Source: Candidatus Eiseniibacteriota bacterium
GTDB taxonomy: Bacteria > Arandabacterota > Arandabacteria > Arandabacterales > Arandabacteraceae
DNA: 64,000 nucleotides
NCBI GenBank assembly: GCA_043810925.1
Contig: JBDRNT010000069.1
Coordinates: 34,352-98,351 of the forward strand
Direction: 5' to 3'
Part shown: positions 43,293 to 53,707 of the stretch, in pieces
Layout of the letters: each line of letters starts with the position of its first letter
Numbering within the stretch: the first letter of the stretch is position 1
The notes under the pieces: model-generated
Told to the model about the DNA's origin: nothing
The model's input: the letters and a program-made list of their open reading frames with translations, nothing else
The model's database searches: none
Position numbers and translations under genes: made by a program

Positions 43293-43455
43293 GGCTGCCT
43301 CCTGTGCTGCGCTGATGCTGTCATTTTATCCCGGGCGAACCATGCATCGCGGCCGCCGTGAGATGTTCCTCGACGGGCCCCGGGCATCGTGCCCCGGACA
43401 GGAATAAACGGCTATTCCTAGATGTCCCGATCCTACTAAATCGGCCGTTCCAGGC

Positions 43456-44724
43456 CTAATCTTGAGTTCTGTCGAATACCACATTCCCATTCTTGATCAC
43501 CATCCGGACGACTTCACCGCCCAGGTGATAGGGTACGTATCTGAAGTCGGGTACTTCGAGCAAGATAAGATCCGCCTGCTTCTCCGGCGCAATGCTCCCG
43601 ACCCGGTCCTGTCTCCCAACAGCCTTTGCCCCACCTACCGTCATGGCGAGAATCACCTCCGCAGGTGTCATCTTCATGAACGAGCAGGCCAGACTTGACA
43701 CTATCAACAGTGAATGAACCATCGAGCTTCCCGGATTGAAATCCGTCGCAACCGCCACGTCGAGCCCCATGTCAATCATACCGCGCGCATCGGCAAACTC
43801 GGGTCTCCCGAGCCCTACGCTTACTCCCGGCATGAGAACCGCTACCGTCCCGGCATCTTTCATCGCCTTGAGTCCCTCACGCGAAGCATGGCCGAGATGC
43901 CCGGCGCTTATCGCTCCTACCTCTCCGGCCACGGCCGCACCACCGGATTCGACAAACTCATCCGCGTGGATCTTGGGTCTTAAACCGCAGTCCTTTCCGC
44001 GAAGCAGAATCCGTCGCGACTCATCGGCCGTGAAGACCCCTTGCTCGCAGAAGACATCACAGAACTCGGCGAGCCCCTCCTCACCTACGGCCGGTATCAT
44101 CTCATCGATCACGATATCGACATACCTGTCCCTGTTCGCTCTCAGCTCGGGCGGAATCTCATGTGCGCCCATGAATGTCGCAACAACATCGACACACGTT
44201 TCATCTCCGACGCGTCTTATCGCCCGAAGCATCTTAAGCTCGGCTTCGACGCTGAGACCGTAGCCGCTCTTGATTTCAACCGTCGTGGTTCCCTGCCTGA
44301 GCATCGATCGCACCCTGCTCGACCCGCTCGCGACAAGTTCGTCGATAGAGGCGTTTCGGACCGCGGCGACCGTTGCGTTGATTCCTCCGCCGCGAGCGGC
44401 GATCTCCATGTAACCGGCCCCCTTGACCCTCATCTCATACTCACGTTCCCTGGTGCCCGCAAAGACAGTGTGAGTATGAGCATCTACAAGCCCGGGGATG
44501 ACCGCAAGCCCGCCGGCATCTATCACCTTGGAGGCCCGGTGACCACCCGCCTCGAACTCCTTACGCCCCCCCACCCAGGCGATCATGCCATCGGAAACGA
44601 GGAGGCACGCGTCATCGACAAGGCCGATGAGCCGGGCTTCATCGTCAATGGAATCAAAGAGATCCGGCTCACAGGTCACAAGTTGGTTGATGTTTTTTAT
44701 AGCTAGGTCGGCTTTTTGAGGCAA
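43456..44724 (-). CDS. hutI: Imidazolonepropionase.
   Basis: Amidohydrolase metal motifs (GLVDAHTHTVFAG ... HADE ...). HutI-like sequence. Probable TTG start at 44724; the ORF extension to 44802 overlaps hutU. Confidence 0.75.
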   Translation of the reverse strand: MPQKADLAIKNINQLVTCEPDLFDSIDDEARLIGLVDDACLLVSDGMIAWVGGRKEFEAGGHRASKVIDAGGLAVIPGLVDAHTHTVFAGTREREYEMRVKGAGYMEIAARGGGINATVAAVRNASIDELVASGSSRVRSMLRQGTTTVEIKSGYGLSVEAELKMLRAIRRVGDETCVDVVATFMGAHEIPPELRANRDRYVDIVIDEMIPAVGEEGLAEFCDVFCEQGVFTADESRRILLRGKDCGLRPKIHADEFVESGGAAVAGEVGAISAGHLGHASREGLKAMKDAGTVAVLMPGVSVGLGRPEFADARGMIDMGLDVAVATDFNPGSSMVHSLLIVSSLACSFMKMTPAEVILAMTVGGAKAVGRQDRVGSIAPEKQADLILLEVPDFRYVPYHLGGEVVRMVIKNGNVVFDRTQD

Positions 44725-44728
44725 TTCC

Positions 44729-46384
44729 TTACTCCGCGGGCAGCATCGGGATCTTGATGCCGCCGTCACGTGCGACCCGTTTCGCCAGGTCGTATCCGGC
44801 ATCGGCGTGCCTCGCGACCCCGAGACCGGGATCAGCGGTCAGCACCCGTTCGAGCCGGCTGTCCGCATCATCGGTGCCGTCGGCGACCACCACCATCCCG
44901 GCGTGAATCGAGTTGCCGATCCCGACGCCTCCGCCATGATGTACCGAGACCCAGGTCGCACCGCAAACAGCATTTAGTAAAGCATTTAGTATGGGCCAGT
45001 CGGCGATTGCGTCGCTTCCGTCTTTCATTGCTTCGGTCTCGCGGTAGGGAGAGGCAACCGACCCGCTGTCAAGATGGTCTCTTCCGATCACGATCGGGGC
45101 CCTGAGTTCGCCGCTTCTGACCATCCGGTTGATCCGCCGGCCGAACCGGGCCCGCTCACCGTAGGCAAGCCAGCAGATCCTTGAAGGCAAACCCTGGAAC
45201 TTGACCTTTTCTCTTGCGAGCTTTATCCACCTGGCCAGTGACTCATCCTCGGGGAACTCCTCGAGGACGGCCTCATCCGTTTTGTAGATATCGTCGGGCT
45301 CACCCGAGAGCGCAGCCCACCGGAAAGGTCCTTTGCCTTCGCAGAACATCGGTCTTATGTATGCCGGGACGAAACCCGGGAAATCGAACGCGTCCTCGAC
45401 TCCCGCCGTCCGGGCCTGGCCGCGTATGTTGTTACCGTAGTCGAAAACGATCGATCCCTTCTCCTTGAAACCGAGCATTGCCCTCACGTGTACCGCAATC
45501 GATTGCATTGCTCTGCGGACATACTCCCCGGGATCACTCTTCCTCAGGTCAAGTGCTTCGGCCAGCGTAATTCCGTGTGGCACGTATCCACCAAGCGCAT
45601 CGTGCGCTGATGTCTGATCGGTCACGACATCGGGTAGCACACCTCGCTTCAAGAGTTCGGGGTGGGTATCGGCCGCATTGCCGACGAGCCCGATCGACCT
45701 GGCCAATCCCTTCTCACATGCCTCACGTGCCGCATTCACCGCCTCGTCAACGCTCTCCGTGACCATGTCACAGTAACCTGTGGCGAGCCGGCGTTCGATA
45801 CGCTTCCGGTCGACCTCGACATCGAGGCACACGCCTTCGTTCATTGTGATCGCAAGCGGCTGGGCGCCACCCATCCCGCCCATCCCGGCCGTCAGGACGA
45901 GCCTGCCCTTAAGCGATCCTCCGAAGTGCTGCCTCGCAAGCTCCGCCAGGGTTTCGTACGTGCCCTGCAGTATGCCCTGGGTGCCTATGTATATCCAGCT
46001 GCCCGCGGTCATCTGACCGTACATAATGAGACCCTTGGCCTCCAGCTCCCAGAAGTGCTCCCAGGTGGCCCACGCGGGGACAAGGAGTGAGTTGGCTATC
46101 AGAACACGCGGGGCCTGATCGGTGGTCTTAAAGACCGCCACGGGTTTGCCGGACTGGACGAGCAAGGTCTCGTCGCTTTCAAGGTCCTTAAGAGCCTGGA
46201 CTATGGCCTCGTAGCATTCCCAGTTTCGGGCCGCCTTGCCGGAGCCGCCGTATACTATGAGCTGATCCGGGTCTTCGGCAACCTCACCGTCGAGGTTGTT
46301 CATCAGCATTCTCATGGCTGCTTCTTGAGGCCAGCCCTTGCAGCTTAAGTCAGTGCCTCTGGGAGCCCGTATGTGTCTCGTCAT
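44729..46384 (-). CDS. hutU: Urocanate hydratase.
   Basis: Sequence from [32 protein letters not shown] onward is HutU-like. NAD-binding GGMGGAQP. The start is set at the Met 8 nt after the thiC stop. Confidence 0.85.
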   Translation of the reverse strand: MTRHIRAPRGTDLSCKGWPQEAAMRMLMNNLDGEVAEDPDQLIVYGGSGKAARNWECYEAIVQALKDLESDETLLVQSGKPVAVFKTTDQAPRVLIANSLLVPAWATWEHFWELEAKGLIMYGQMTAGSWIYIGTQGILQGTYETLAELARQHFGGSLKGRLVLTAGMGGMGGAQPLAITMNEGVCLDVEVDRKRIERRLATGYCDMVTESVDEAVNAAREACEKGLARSIGLVGNAADTHPELLKRGVLPDVVTDQTSAHDALGGYVPHGITLAEALDLRKSDPGEYVRRAMQSIAVHVRAMLGFKEKGSIVFDYGNNIRGQARTAGVEDAFDFPGFVPAYIRPMFCEGKGPFRWAALSGEPDDIYKTDEAVLEEFPEDESLARWIKLAREKVKFQGLPSRICWLAYGERARFGRRINRMVRSGELRAPIVIGRDHLDSGSVASPYRETEAMKDGSDAIADWPILNALLNAVCGATWVSVHHGGGVGIGNSIHAGMVVVADGTDDADSRLERVLTADPGLGVARHADAGYDLAKRVARDGGIKIPMLPAE

Positions 46385-46392
46385 TGGGAAAC

Positions 46393-47682
46393 CTATTGCT
46401 TCGGCCCGAGTACGCCTTTCACTTTCTTCATTGCGCAGTACTCCCCGCACATCGTGCAGAGCGTGGCATCCTGAGGGTGAGAACTCCCTCTCAGCTCGCG
46501 GGCGCGTTCGGGGTCTATCGCCAGATCGAGCATCCGTTTCCAGTCCAGGGCCTTGCGCGCCTCGGACATGGAGCGATCCCACTCGGCGGCTCCCGGTATG
46601 CGTTTCACGATATCCGCGGCATGAGCCGCGATCCGGGATGCCATGACTCCCTCCCGCACGTCATTCGTATCGGGAAGTCTGAGGTGCTCCGACGGAGTCA
46701 CGTAACACAGGAAGTCGGCCCCCGCGGCCGCCGCCACCGCTCCGCCGATGGCTCCAGCGATGTGGTCGTAGCCGGCACTCACATCGGTAACAAGCGGGCC
46801 GAGTACATAAAACGGCGCCTCTCCGCACATCTTCTTCTCCAGAAGCACATTTGCCTCGATCTCGTTTAGCGGGACGTGCCCCGGACCCTCCACCATCACC
46901 TGGACACCGGCCGTCTGCGCGCGTTTAACAAGTTCACCGAGAACCACCAGCTCGCTCACCTGCAAAAGGTCGGTCGCATCCGCCAGTGAGCCGGGTCGTA
47001 AGCCGTCACCCAAACTCAGTGTGGCATCGTAGGTCCTCGCCATCTCGAGAAGATCGTCGTACCGGGAATACAGAGGGTTTTCCTTATTATTGTAGTACAT
47101 CCACTCGAGCATAAAGGAGCCGCCCCGGCTCACGACATCGGTCAGCCGCCCACATTGCTTGAGCCTGTCTATGGCCGATCGCGTCACACCGCAATGGACC
47201 GTGACGAAGTCGATCCCCCACTTGAGGTGTCGCTCGATGCTCCCGAAGATCTCATCTTCGGTCATCTCCACCATGGCCCGCTTGGACCGGACGGCGGTGA
47301 TTGCCGCGCCATAGATGGGTACGCTGCCCACGGGTATGGTAGATGCTTCGAGTACGCCGTCTCGAATCGCGTCGATATCCCCACCGGTGCTCAGGTCCAT
47401 CACCGTATCGGCGCCGGCATCGATGGCCGCCCTGAGCTTCTCAAGTTCGGTCCCGAGGCTTATCTCGTCTGAGGAGCTGCCGATGTTGGCATTGACCTTG
47501 GTCGCTAGTCCAGCACCTATGCCGAGGGCGTATTTTCCCCGGCGAAGTCTGTTCACAGGTATGACGATGGTGCCGTTCCTTAAGCCCTCTGAGATGAAGG
47601 CTACAGGGCGCTTCTCACGCTCGGCAACCACCCGCATTTCATCGGTGATCTTACCTTGTCTTGCCGCTTCAACCTGCGTCAT
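46393..47682 (-). CDS. thiC: Phosphomethylpyrimidine synthase ThiC.
   Basis: The N-terminus [24 protein letters not shown] and the C-terminal [11 protein letters not shown] (CX2CX4C radical-SAM-like cluster) are typical of ThiC. Confidence 0.85.
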   Translation of the reverse strand: MTQVEAARQGKITDEMRVVAEREKRPVAFISEGLRNGTIVIPVNRLRRGKYALGIGAGLATKVNANIGSSSDEISLGTELEKLRAAIDAGADTVMDLSTGGDIDAIRDGVLEASTIPVGSVPIYGAAITAVRSKRAMVEMTEDEIFGSIERHLKWGIDFVTVHCGVTRSAIDRLKQCGRLTDVVSRGGSFMLEWMYYNNKENPLYSRYDDLLEMARTYDATLSLGDGLRPGSLADATDLLQVSELVVLGELVKRAQTAGVQVMVEGPGHVPLNEIEANVLLEKKMCGEAPFYVLGPLVTDVSAGYDHIAGAIGGAVAAAAGADFLCYVTPSEHLRLPDTNDVREGVMASRIAAHAADIVKRIPGAAEWDRSMSEARKALDWKRMLDLAIDPERARELRGSSHPQDATLCTMCGEYCAMKKVKGVLGPKQ

Positions 47683-47735
47683 GTCAGACTCCCATGAGGT
47701 GGGTGGGTGAATTCCCTTGGGGCCCTCCGTGGTTG

Positions 47736-47764
47736 AATATAGGACAGAAATGAAATCAAGTCAA
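47736..47764 (-). promoter_or_regulatory. Sigma70-like promoter (TTGACT-17-TATATT) upstream of thiC, with a ~50-nt leader and no recognisable THI-box.
   Basis: The minus strand reads TTGACTtgatttcatttctgtccTATATT. The ribosome-binding site GGGAG sits 6 nt before the ATG. Confidence 0.35.
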
Positions 47765-47808
47765 CTGTAAGCCCGGATTATTCACGAACCTCCTGGCGAG
47801 GTGTCGCT

Positions 47809-49509
47809 TTAGAAGCGTCTGACCAATCCGAGATGCAGTTTCGCGTCCGACCAGGTGTCGTTTCTGCCCAGGGCTATCTCAAGACGTATGATACCCGTCC
47901 GTGACCCCGCCATGAAGCCAAGACCATAGCCGAAGGGACCTGATCGTATCGAGTCGAACGAGTAGCCGCCACCGTCCAGTGCGGCCCCGTCAAAGAAGCA
48001 GTATACCCGCGAATACTCGCCGAGAAGACGTCTCAGTTCAAGAGTGACGGTGATCGCCCTCTCCACTGTGAACCACTCCTCGGGATAGCCTCTCAGCGTC
48101 CGCATACCACCCATTCTTACCAGATGCGCCTGCGGTATCTCTCCCCGACTTGTAAATACTCCCTCGAACCGGCCTCTGATACCCAGTGCTGTCCTCACCC
48201 CGACCGCCGTGAGATGCTCACCCTCAAGCAACAGCAATGAGATCGTCCGGTCAAGGGATGAGTCGTCCTCGAACTCGAGTGCCGCAACCTCCTGTCTCAG
48301 CTTGACGAATTGTCCGGAGAGCGGATTCAAGGGCCGGTCCCTTCCCTCGTACCTGAGATCGAATGACAGACCGCGCTCGATGAAGTTGCCCTCACCACCC
48401 ACAAGGCTCCGGTCCTTGGTCGAACCCAGAAAGGCGCCCATGCCCAACTCGAGCCTGGGCTCGCCCCTGAAAGTCACCCCAAGCCAGACCTTCCTTCGTG
48501 CGTAGGATGTGTCTATAACATCCGATGAAAGCTCGCATTCCAGGGCAAATGGCTTCGAGAGGATGCGGGGCTCTCTGTAGGCTACACCCCAGCTCAGCCT
48601 CCCGCTGCCCGGTTTCATCCACAGCACCTTGAGTCTCCGGAGTGTGCCGCCCAGGCTCCGAAACTCGAGATCCAACGAGCCGACGAACTTGCTCTCTTTT
48701 CCGGATGGGGAGTAGGCAGCCAGACCTTCGAAGAGACTTGTTCTTGCCTCGACTACATCTATGGTCACGGTCAGCGTTGTGTCCATGCTGTCAAACGTGA
48801 GCACCGGCTCGGACACGTTTTCGAAAATACCCAGGTCCATCAGACGCTGTCTCACGCCTTCGATCTTCTTCCCTTGATAGGGTTCCCCCTCGGAAAGACC
48901 GCTTTCCGCCAGGGCGGCGCTCCGTTTGGTTTTCGTCATTCCCCTGAATACGACGTGACCCACATCAGCCTGCGGTCCGGCCGCAACATGGAGCCGAACC
49001 TCGACCCTTCCATCCCCCACAGAGACCATCTCCGGCCGGACTGTACTCAGGGGGTAGCCGCGAAGATCGTAGAAGGCAAGTACTCGACCTATGCCCTTCT
49101 CAAGCGCCAGCTGCGAAAACGGCCTGCCTGTCTGACCGGCGAACATCTTTTCTAGAACGGATGCCTCCCCGGCGGGCACACCGCTGATTCCGACCGACTC
49201 AAGGACGCTCGGCCGGCCTTCCGAGATCGCTATCTCTATGGCCTCATCGGGCGGGGCGGCCCGCTCACACCTGACTTCAACATCAAGGTAGCCGCGTTCC
49301 CAGTAATGCGCCGCCACCTCGTGGCAGATCGAATCCACACAAACCGAGTCGGACCGAGCACAGGCGATCTTGCCTATCCACTCAAGAATCGCGTCGTCCG
49401 ATAGATCGGAGTTGCCGCTTATGTTGAAGTCAGCCGGGGCCGCGGTTCCGACCATGACGATCACAGCGGCCAGAAAGGCGAGTGTGCAGGGTAGCCTCAT
49501 ACCGCCCAC
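47809..49509 (-). CDS. Omp85-family outer-membrane transporter (TamA/TpsB-like; POTRA domains plus a beta-barrel).
   Basis: Signal peptide, POTRA-like segments, and a C-terminal bacterial surface-antigen barrel ending ...LGLVRRF. Confidence 0.65.
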   Translation of the reverse strand: MGGMRLPCTLAFLAAVIVMVGTAAPADFNISGNSDLSDDAILEWIGKIACARSDSVCVDSICHEVAAHYWERGYLDVEVRCERAAPPDEAIEIAISEGRPSVLESVGISGVPAGEASVLEKMFAGQTGRPFSQLALEKGIGRVLAFYDLRGYPLSTVRPEMVSVGDGRVEVRLHVAAGPQADVGHVVFRGMTKTKRSAALAESGLSEGEPYQGKKIEGVRQRLMDLGIFENVSEPVLTFDSMDTTLTVTIDVVEARTSLFEGLAAYSPSGKESKFVGSLDLEFRSLGGTLRRLKVLWMKPGSGRLSWGVAYREPRILSKPFALECELSSDVIDTSYARRKVWLGVTFRGEPRLELGMGAFLGSTKDRSLVGGEGNFIERGLSFDLRYEGRDRPLNPLSGQFVKLRQEVAALEFEDDSSLDRTISLLLLEGEHLTAVGVRTALGIRGRFEGVFTSRGEIPQAHLVRMGGMRTLRGYPEEWFTVERAITVTLELRRLLGEYSRVYCFFDGAALDGGGYSFDSIRSGPFGYGLGFMAGSRTGIIRLEIALGRNDTWSDAKLHLGLVRRF

Positions 49510-52500
49510 CTAGAACGTGGCACTCAAAGAGGCCTTGACATTGTGGATCGTCGGGATTCCGCTCGTTTTGCGTCCGGTGTATTCAAAGGAAACCGACGTG
49601 TACCTGCCGTGGCGGAGATTGACCCTCGAATTCCAGGTGAACGAATCCCGCACCGGGTAGAGGGTCGCACTGGAGTATTCCGAACGGATGACCCTCCTGA
49701 GACTGCAGCCCGCATCACAGCGAAGGGCCCCGCTGAAGACGGTGATACCGGGGGAGGCGTTGACCTGCATAAAGGCTGATGTGGGTTCGGACCGCTCCTC
49801 ATTGAGTAGTTCCAGCCGCACTTGACTCCGCACGGCCGACACGATATTCCGGTCAAGACTGAGATTGGTGCTCCAGGTGTCCCTCGTCGGTTCAACACTG
49901 CCGGACGTCATATCTATTGTCGATCTCGTCGCCGTCAACCTGCCGGCCAGGGTGACCCTCATCTTCTTAAAGGCGCTGCTCAGCAGCCGGGTCTGTAACT
50001 CCGTCGTCGTCTTGCTCTCTTTCCTCTCGATACACCTGTTGTCGCGAAACCTCGAACCCTTTGCGTTAAGTGTAAGCGTAAGACCTTTCCCGCGCCGGAA
50101 GACCAGCTCCTCGCTGACCGTCATCCTCCCGAAGACCATCTCGTCACTCCGAAGCAAGTGGGCGGGGTAAAGAAATGCAATCCGTTCCAATTCCTGTGTC
50201 GAACTCTCTCCCTCGATGTCGATCCCGGTCCTTGCCGAGACAGCTCTATCCAGCAGGACCTTACCCCTTCTGCCCAGTTCGAGCACCAGGTCCGCCTTGA
50301 CCCTTGTGACAGGCTCTTTCCCCTTCTCAGACCTCGACATCACGTACCCACCCGCACCCGGGACGTAGTTGCCGAGACTGTCATAGTCGCCGCCTCCGCT
50401 CACCTGTACCAGTTCGGCGTCATAGACAGTCGTGAGCGCATTGGACAATCTGTAGTCGATTGACATGGAGCTGACCGCCAGGACATCCCGGAGATCGAAG
50501 TGGAAGTCACCGCTGGTGATCCGTTGTCCGCCTGCGGCCGTCTCCCGGGTATACTCTATCCTGCGCTGTGTTACTCCTCCTCTTATCAGGAGTCTTCTCT
50601 GCCGCGCCGTCTCAAACTCCAGCCTCCCCTCGACCTCGGATGAGTATTTGTCCCACCCGGCCCCCCTGTCCCTGTCCTCGGAGCCCGCGGAAAAAGCGAG
50701 CGAGACCTGCCCTCCGGTCCCGGACAGTTCCACTTGCGAGGAGTAATCCGTCCGCCGGGTGGATGTACTGTCGACGAGCTTCGACTTCGTCTCATGGTTG
50801 CGGCCCAGCGTAAGCTGCAGGAACTTGACCGGTATCCTGACGGCGATCCCGTTCCTGTCGATACCCTTCTCACTTGCGACCGACGACATCCGGGCGGTCT
50901 GTGAACTTGCGGTAAGCCCGAGACGCCTGTCTCCCAGTTCGAGCCCGGCCTTCCGCCTGAGCGACCGGCCCGAACTCGTTTCCATCGTGCCGATTTCAAA
51001 CGACGATGCAACCATATCATTCAGCTTATAGTCGAGACCGATCTCGTTCGCGTCCTCAAAACCGTCCTCTGCATCCTGCGCCCAGACCTCCAGGAAGTCC
51101 GGTCTTCTGAGTCTGTCAAACCCGATGTAGGTCTTCCCCACAGACCGTTTCTTCGCGCTCAGGCCGAGTGAGCCCACACTCCGTCCCCCAAGATCCGGAA
51201 GGTCCGATCTGCCCTGGACGGCCACGGTATAGGCCCTCCCCTCCTCTTCCTCCCAGGTTCCCGCCTCGGTCTTCGTATGTCCCTTTGACTGCGCCACCTC
51301 CGACGTCAACTCAAGCCACTCAGCCGGCCGGGCCGACGCACCCACATGAAAGACCCTGGCGCCAAGAGGCCGGCCAGCACGCACCTTGTCCAGGTATGCA
51401 CCGGTACCGGTATAGACGTAGACATAGACCGCCCATATCTCGGAGTAGATGTAGCTGTAGGTTCCCTCCCCCTCACCGACGAGTGTGAAGGTGACGTCGT
51501 AATCACCAAGACCTTCACCGACATATTCGTAGTAAGCAACCGTGTCGCTTTCGATGCGGATGTAGGAGCCGCGACCCATCCCGGCAAACCTACCGCCATC
51601 GACCCACTCGCGGGCGCCGTCGGTTCCGCTCGCAAGCAGTTCAGCCCCGGCACCTGCTTGCTCCTCAGGCTGGTTCGCACCGGTCTCGCTTACGAAGTTG
51701 ACCGCGACGGACGCCCGGTCTCCGATATCAAGACTCGACCGGCCGAAGTAGAACTGCCTGTTGCCGTCACGATCGGGGGACTCGTAGTCCACCACGATTC
51801 GTGCACCGTCTCTTACCAGATGTCTGGGGTTAAAGCAGATTTCTCCCGATACGTAGTCGATCGTGTAGTCTGCGTTGTCCCCACGCTTCAGCGGTTTGCC
51901 GTCGAGCCAGACGGACTCACTCCCCCTGACTATGTCTGTCTTCTCGCCATCCGCACGCTGGACAACATAGGGGCCCGTTATGCCCTCTCTGCCTCTGATC
52001 ACCACGGACTCGTAAGCGCTTCTTGAAGTGGCCCCGGACAGAGCCACACCCTTTGAACCATGTGAAGCATCCGCAAAAAAGCCGGTCATGCTTCTCCTGA
52101 ACCGGAGCAACTCCCCCGGAGATTCGTCTATTTCGAGGTCGCCGACCCTGGCATAGGCCCCGGAGGAGCGGACCTCCATGAAGACCCTGTCGAGATCTCT
52201 GAGTTTGCTGGTCGAGGTGCTACGGCTCAGCGACATGTCCTTGTCGGTCAGCACACCTTTGACATCAACCCCCTCACCTATCTTCCCGCCGATCGAGAGA
52301 TTCAGTGACTGGTTCATGCTGAAGTCGTTGAGCGTTCCGGTCTCCACGCTTACGGTCTTGGAACCGGACGCCCTGAGGTCATAACCCTTTTCCTTCTTTG
52401 CCGGCCGGATCTCCGCCCGCCGCGCGCCGAGACCGGGACCCGGAGCTTCATCGATTACCCTCAGGCTGTAGTCGGTCTTGAGCGGAAACGGGAAAACGGA

Positions 52501-52860
52501 GTACTTGATACGAACACATTCCTCAAGCGTGAGGCTGTCCGGGATAAGGACGATGCCCCGGGCATAATCCATCCGGTAGTCGGTTCCCCTTACCAGCATC
52601 CTAGCACCTGTCAATACGGTGTCGCTCGAGGCAATAATCAACCGGCGCGACAGATGGATCGCACCCGCACCCAGATCATCACCGCAGCGCACTTCCTCAC
52701 GCTGACAGGATACGCTGACTCCCTCAGCGCGGATCCCCCCGGCAGAGGCCGAAAGCGCCACGGCAAGCACCACCCCGAGAACACTACTGCGTGGATGTCT
52801 CAATCCTGAATACCTCGATCGACATACTTCCGGGATCGGCCACACAGACGACACCGTCAT
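49510..52860 (-). CDS. Very large (about 1,100 aa) beta-rich envelope protein ending in Phe; TamB/AsmA-like or a giant OM barrel. Function unknown.
   Basis: The long ORF (up to 52944) is strongly beta-strand-biased with alternating hydrophobic residues and ends in an OMP-like ...SLSATF. The start is uncertain (ATG at 52860, or GTG near 52773 just before the hydrophobic segment VLGVVLAVALSASAGG). It abuts the Omp85 gene with no spacer. Confidence 0.4.
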   Translation of the reverse strand: MTVSSVWPIPEVCRSRYSGLRHPRSSVLGVVLAVALSASAGGIRAEGVSVSCQREEVRCGDDLGAGAIHLSRRLIIASSDTVLTGARMLVRGTDYRMDYARGIVLIPDSLTLEECVRIKYSVFPFPLKTDYSLRVIDEAPGPGLGARRAEIRPAKKEKGYDLRASGSKTVSVETGTLNDFSMNQSLNLSIGGKIGEGVDVKGVLTDKDMSLSRSTSTSKLRDLDRVFMEVRSSGAYARVGDLEIDESPGELLRFRRSMTGFFADASHGSKGVALSGATSRSAYESVVIRGREGITGPYVVQRADGEKTDIVRGSESVWLDGKPLKRGDNADYTIDYVSGEICFNPRHLVRDGARIVVDYESPDRDGNRQFYFGRSSLDIGDRASVAVNFVSETGANQPEEQAGAGAELLASGTDGAREWVDGGRFAGMGRGSYIRIESDTVAYYEYVGEGLGDYDVTFTLVGEGEGTYSYIYSEIWAVYVYVYTGTGAYLDKVRAGRPLGARVFHVGASARPAEWLELTSEVAQSKGHTKTEAGTWEEEEGRAYTVAVQGRSDLPDLGGRSVGSLGLSAKKRSVGKTYIGFDRLRRPDFLEVWAQDAEDGFEDANEIGLDYKLNDMVASSFEIGTMETSSGRSLRRKAGLELGDRRLGLTASSQTARMSSVASEKGIDRNGIAVRIPVKFLQLTLGRNHETKSKLVDSTSTRRTDYSSQVELSGTGGQVSLAFSAGSEDRDRGAGWDKYSSEVEGRLEFETARQRRLLIRGGVTQRRIEYTRETAAGGQRITSGDFHFDLRDVLAVSSMSIDYRLSNALTTVYDAELVQVSGGGDYDSLGNYVPGAGGYVMSRSEKGKEPVTRVKADLVLELGRRGKVLLDRAVSARTGIDIEGESSTQELERIAFLYPAHLLRSDEMVFGRMTVSEELVFRRGKGLTLTLNAKGSRFRDNRCIERKESKTTTELQTRLLSSAFKKMRVTLAGRLTATRSTIDMTSGSVEPTRDTWSTNLSLDRNIVSAVRSQVRLELLNEERSEPTSAFMQVNASPGITVFSGALRCDAGCSLRRVIRSEYSSATLYPVRDSFTWNSRVNLRHGRYTSVSFEYTGRKTSGIPTIHNVKASLSATF

Positions 52861-53707
52861 CCCGGCAAGCGATGAATGCGGGCATCTCGAGCAAGCCCTC
52901 ACCGAATGAGCTGATGAACCCGCCGTCGGCAGAGAACACGGCAATCACGGCGCGCTCTGAATCCGATACCAGCACGTACCGGTCAAGATATGACGCGAGC
53001 CCGAACGGGCTCTGGAAATCGAAACCGACGAGCGCTTTGCGGGGTTTTCCAAAGGGGCTCAGCATCAGCACCTGCTCGGAGAATGCCTCGGTCACAAACA
53101 CGTTTCCGAGTTTCCCGGTAAGGCAATCCACCGGGTATGTACCACCATCACCGCTTGAGACCACAGCCTCAATCGGCTCGCTATCCCCCGATAGATCCAC
53201 AATGCGGATCGTACCCGCAATGCCCATGGCAGCGTAGATCTGCTCCGGCTTCCCCAGACCGAGCCCCGTAAGACCTTCCCCGACCTCCCTTGCCGACACA
53301 AACTCCCCCCAGCGGTCATAGACCAGGATCGATCCGGCGGTCTTCTCAGAAACGTAAACGCCCGCAGCGTTACCGGTCTCGATGTCTATCAGCTGGCAGT
53401 CACTGAACTCATCCGGACATCGCGCAAAGAGAGTGATACCATCAAGCGAATCCGGTAGCACAAAGATCCTCGAGTTATCCGAATCAATCACATAGAGTTC
53501 GCCGAACAATCCGAAGTCCAGGCCGAGTGGGGCGAACGCAAAACCGCTTCCGGACTCCTCGCATGGAATGGACTTCAGGTGTCGTGTCGAGATCTCACTG
53601 GATCCGCCGCCGGCGGGCTCCGAGCATGAAGCGAGGCCGGCAGCCCCGATACACGCCACCGCTGCCAGCAGTGATACACGTCTCATTATCTGTAGAGGTA
53701 ACATCAA
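52784..53707 (-). CDS. NHL-repeat (six-bladed beta-propeller) lipoprotein.
   Basis: Lipobox LASCS after the signal peptide. Repeated ...GxVxVxDxxNxRIxV-type blades. Confidence 0.6.
   Translation of the reverse strand: MMLPLQIMRRVSLLAAVACIGAAGLASCSEPAGGGSSEISTRHLKSIPCEESGSGFAFAPLGLDFGLFGELYVIDSDNSRIFVLPDSLDGITLFARCPDEFSDCQLIDIETGNAAGVYVSEKTAGSILVYDRWGEFVSAREVGEGLTGLGLGKPEQIYAAMGIAGTIRIVDLSGDSEPIEAVVSSGDGGTYPVDCLTGKLGNVFVTEAFSEQVLMLSPFGKPRKALVGFDFQSPFGLASYLDRYVLVSDSERAVIAVFSADGGFISSFGEGLLEMPAFIACRDDGVVCVADPGSMSIEVFRIETSTQ

Noticed and set aside
46393-47682. Expected histidine ammonia-lyase (hutH) next to hutU and hutI.
   Set aside because: The translation has the ThiC N-terminus and the C-terminal CX2CX4C motif, not the HAL Ala-Ser-Gly MIO motif, so it is called thiC.
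47683-47808. TPP riboswitch upstream of thiC.
   Set aside because: No CTGAGA/ACCCTTTGAACCTGATC-like THI-box elements are visible in either orientation. The leader is only ~50 nt after a plausible sigma70 promoter.
49510-52944. A SusC-like TonB-dependent receptor interpretation of the 1,144-aa protein.
   Set aside because: No TonB box or plug-like N-terminal region was recognised, there is no SusD-like partner, and the adjacent Omp85 gene suggests a different system.
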